The position numbers and the translations under genes were made by a program. A stretch of 64,000 nucleotides of DNA from Takakia lepidozioides (taxonomy: Eukaryota; Plantae; Bryophyta): positions 53,072,001 through 53,136,000 of the forward strand of contig CM060732.1 in the NCBI GenBank assembly GCA_030704615.1, written 5' to 3'. This document shows, in pieces, positions 62,011 through 64,000 of the stretch. Below the pieces are notes generated by a model. That model worked only from the letters and a program-made list of their open reading frames with translations, searched no databases and had not been told where the DNA came from. Positions within the stretch are counted from its first letter, which is position 1. Every line of letters begins with the position of its first letter.

Positions 62011-63645
62011 CACTATCCACGATGAAAACAGTCACCGGCCTCCAATTATCTGCATTATCAAAGCTATGGAAGTTCCTCTCTTCCACTCATGATTTCGTCT
62101 GCATCCACACTGCGGGTATCTGCACTCAACAACATCTTCTCAAGTCCCCAAAAAGTTCTCTGTGGCCATTATTTTCCAAACGCCAATTGCAACCCCCAAC
62201 AACGCGCCGGCTATGTTGAAAGGATAACGAAGCAATTGAATGCATGCCAGAAGACGTCCTTGCAACAGCCACTAGGCCGCGATGAGGCAAAGAGAACAGA
62301 ACTCCTCCCAGATTATCCCAGGGGATCCGCAGGTGGGCAATTTCCTGGGCGAGTCCTAGCATATTTCCTGATGCAAGCAGATGACATTATCGAATTTTCG
62401 CTCACCCCTGCCGAATCTACCATCAAACTCTTCAGCTGCACTGCACTTAAGTGTCGCAGGGACGCCCGTTCTTCGGATGTTAACTGTAACAAGAGAACAT
62501 TAACACACTGGAAGCTCTACTAGTGGCTGGTTAATGCTGGATAAACGGATATTACATAAATCCTGAGAAAGCATAAGGGAGTCACTCGAGCATATGAAAG
62601 TCAGTATGATTGAAACATTAAGTTACAGCGCTGTACAGGGGATGGCGACTATCCCCTCGGTTCAGAAAACATAATCACATGTGTAGTGTGACGGCCACAG
62701 TGACAAGCCAAGCAGTAGCTCATCACAACCGGAAGACTTGGCTCAGTACCTCAATAAATAACAAAGACGACCACGAGACCAGACCCCGATCAAAGAAAAC
62801 AATATCTCGCCATATCAGCGGTTTTCGACCGCAAGGTAGCCTGCTCCCGCTCCCTTTCCAAACACAGCCACAAACCGCGTTTAAGAATCTTACTCGGTAA
62901 AAGAGATTTGAAAGAGGGGAACTTGGGAAGAATTGAGTTTGAAATCTGCACTAGCTAGATCTACAACACCAAATGCGAAGTAGTGTTTAATCGATAAATC
63001 GTCCGCCACTCAAGACCTAAATTTGGAAAGAGGATGATGGCGAAACACGCAAGCGATCTGAGATCTAACCTACTACGCAAGCGTCTGCAAACCAAGAGGA
63101 TGACTCCAACTCACTTTACGGTACAGAAAAGTGCCTGAAAAGGCGAGAGAAAAGAAACAGGATTACACACGAAACTAGTTGAAACAAGAGAAAGGATTTG
63201 GACCTGCACTAGTCCAGTAGAGGACAAGGGAAGGGGAGGGGGATGACTATGGCGGAGACGCCCATGAGAGGAGAAGATGCCCAGGCCTCGGGCGCAAGAG
63301 CCACTGATCCACCGCCGGCGGCCTGATGCATTCTTACCGTCCGATCCTATATCGAACGGTCTATGTTCTGGGGATCTCGAACACGTTCACGAAGCGCGGT
63401 GTGCTTTTCGCCGCTCGCGCCTAAACCCGCACCCTCCTCACATTCTCCGTTAGATGTTACACGTGCCTCTGTTTCTTTCCGTTGGATCTCTCGCCCATAG
63501 GTACCGGGGGCACATAGCTCACTAGTAAGTTACTAACAGCCCGGCATTACCGCGGTAGTTAGTTTATACTTGGTCAGTCGCTTGTTCCTCCGTCTAGTGT
63601 GTTGGACCGAGGGAATTCCAAAAAGGCCTTGATGTGAAATGCATA

Positions 63646-63838
63646 GCAATTCACTTGATCACCCCCCTAAAAGTGCGCAATTCAATTGAATTGCAAGGCC
63701 TTGCAATTCAATTGAACTGCTAAAACTAGCTTGGCAACAACCCTAATTTGCAATTCAATTGAATTGTTGGCACACGATTCAATTGAATTGTGAATTTGCA
63801 AATCAATTGAATTGCCAATTCGCAATTCAATTGAATTG
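63646..63838. repeat. Array of the 16-bp palindrome CAATTCAATTGAATTG (about 6 copies), likely transposon subterminal repeats
   Basis: Copies at ~63678, 63704, 63751, 63777, 63799, 63823 with short irregular spacing, followed by AT-rich sequence. Confidence 0.8.
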
Positions 63839-64000
63839 TAATCTATAATTTTTAACTTATTTTTGTATATAATATATAATATACATGTATATGTATATAT
63901 TTAAATTATACTTATACACATATAAGAGGATAAGCTAAAAATACATGTTGCTCGTCTATTCTTGCTAGCCCTCTTTCTTGTGCCCTTGAGGAAATTGTGG

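Noticed and set aside
63646-63838. CRISPR-like repeat array
   Set aside because: Eukaryotic context, 16-bp repeats with very short irregular spacers, no cas genes

Overview
Eukaryotic nuclear DNA, most likely from a non-seed land plant (bryophyte/lycophyte/fern-like, inferred from the PLS-DYW PPR relics, a W2-bearing eIF4G and a bryophyte-type mitochondrial intron relic). Four apparently intact genes were assembled by hand from GT-AG phases: an intronless plastid peroxiredoxin IIE (-), a very large 17-exon eIF4G with MIF4G+MA3+W2 domains (-), a 6-exon plastid-type membrane protein with a CAAD/CURT1-like C-terminus (+), and a 10-exon canonical Pumilio (-). The rest is a graveyard of decayed genes (PPR-DYW, two F-box, a TOP3A-like exon) and nested mobile DNA (LINE, Gypsy, Copia, pogo, CACTA, hAT MITEs, a tRNA-derived SINE, Helitron/Helentron-like ends). 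The most notable observations are: (1) a 143-bp tandem duplication that duplicates the last splice acceptor of eIF4G and offers a W2-truncated isoform; (2) a ~1-kb highly structured block resembling the interior of a plant mitochondrial group I intron (probable NUMT) just upstream of PrxIIE; (3) a TTAA-flanked CCCT...AGGG piggyBac-like element, a superfamily rarely reported in land plants; (4) the uncharacterised CAAD-like protein. No CRISPR array, rRNA or intact tRNA was seen. All homology calls are from motif recognition, not from searches.
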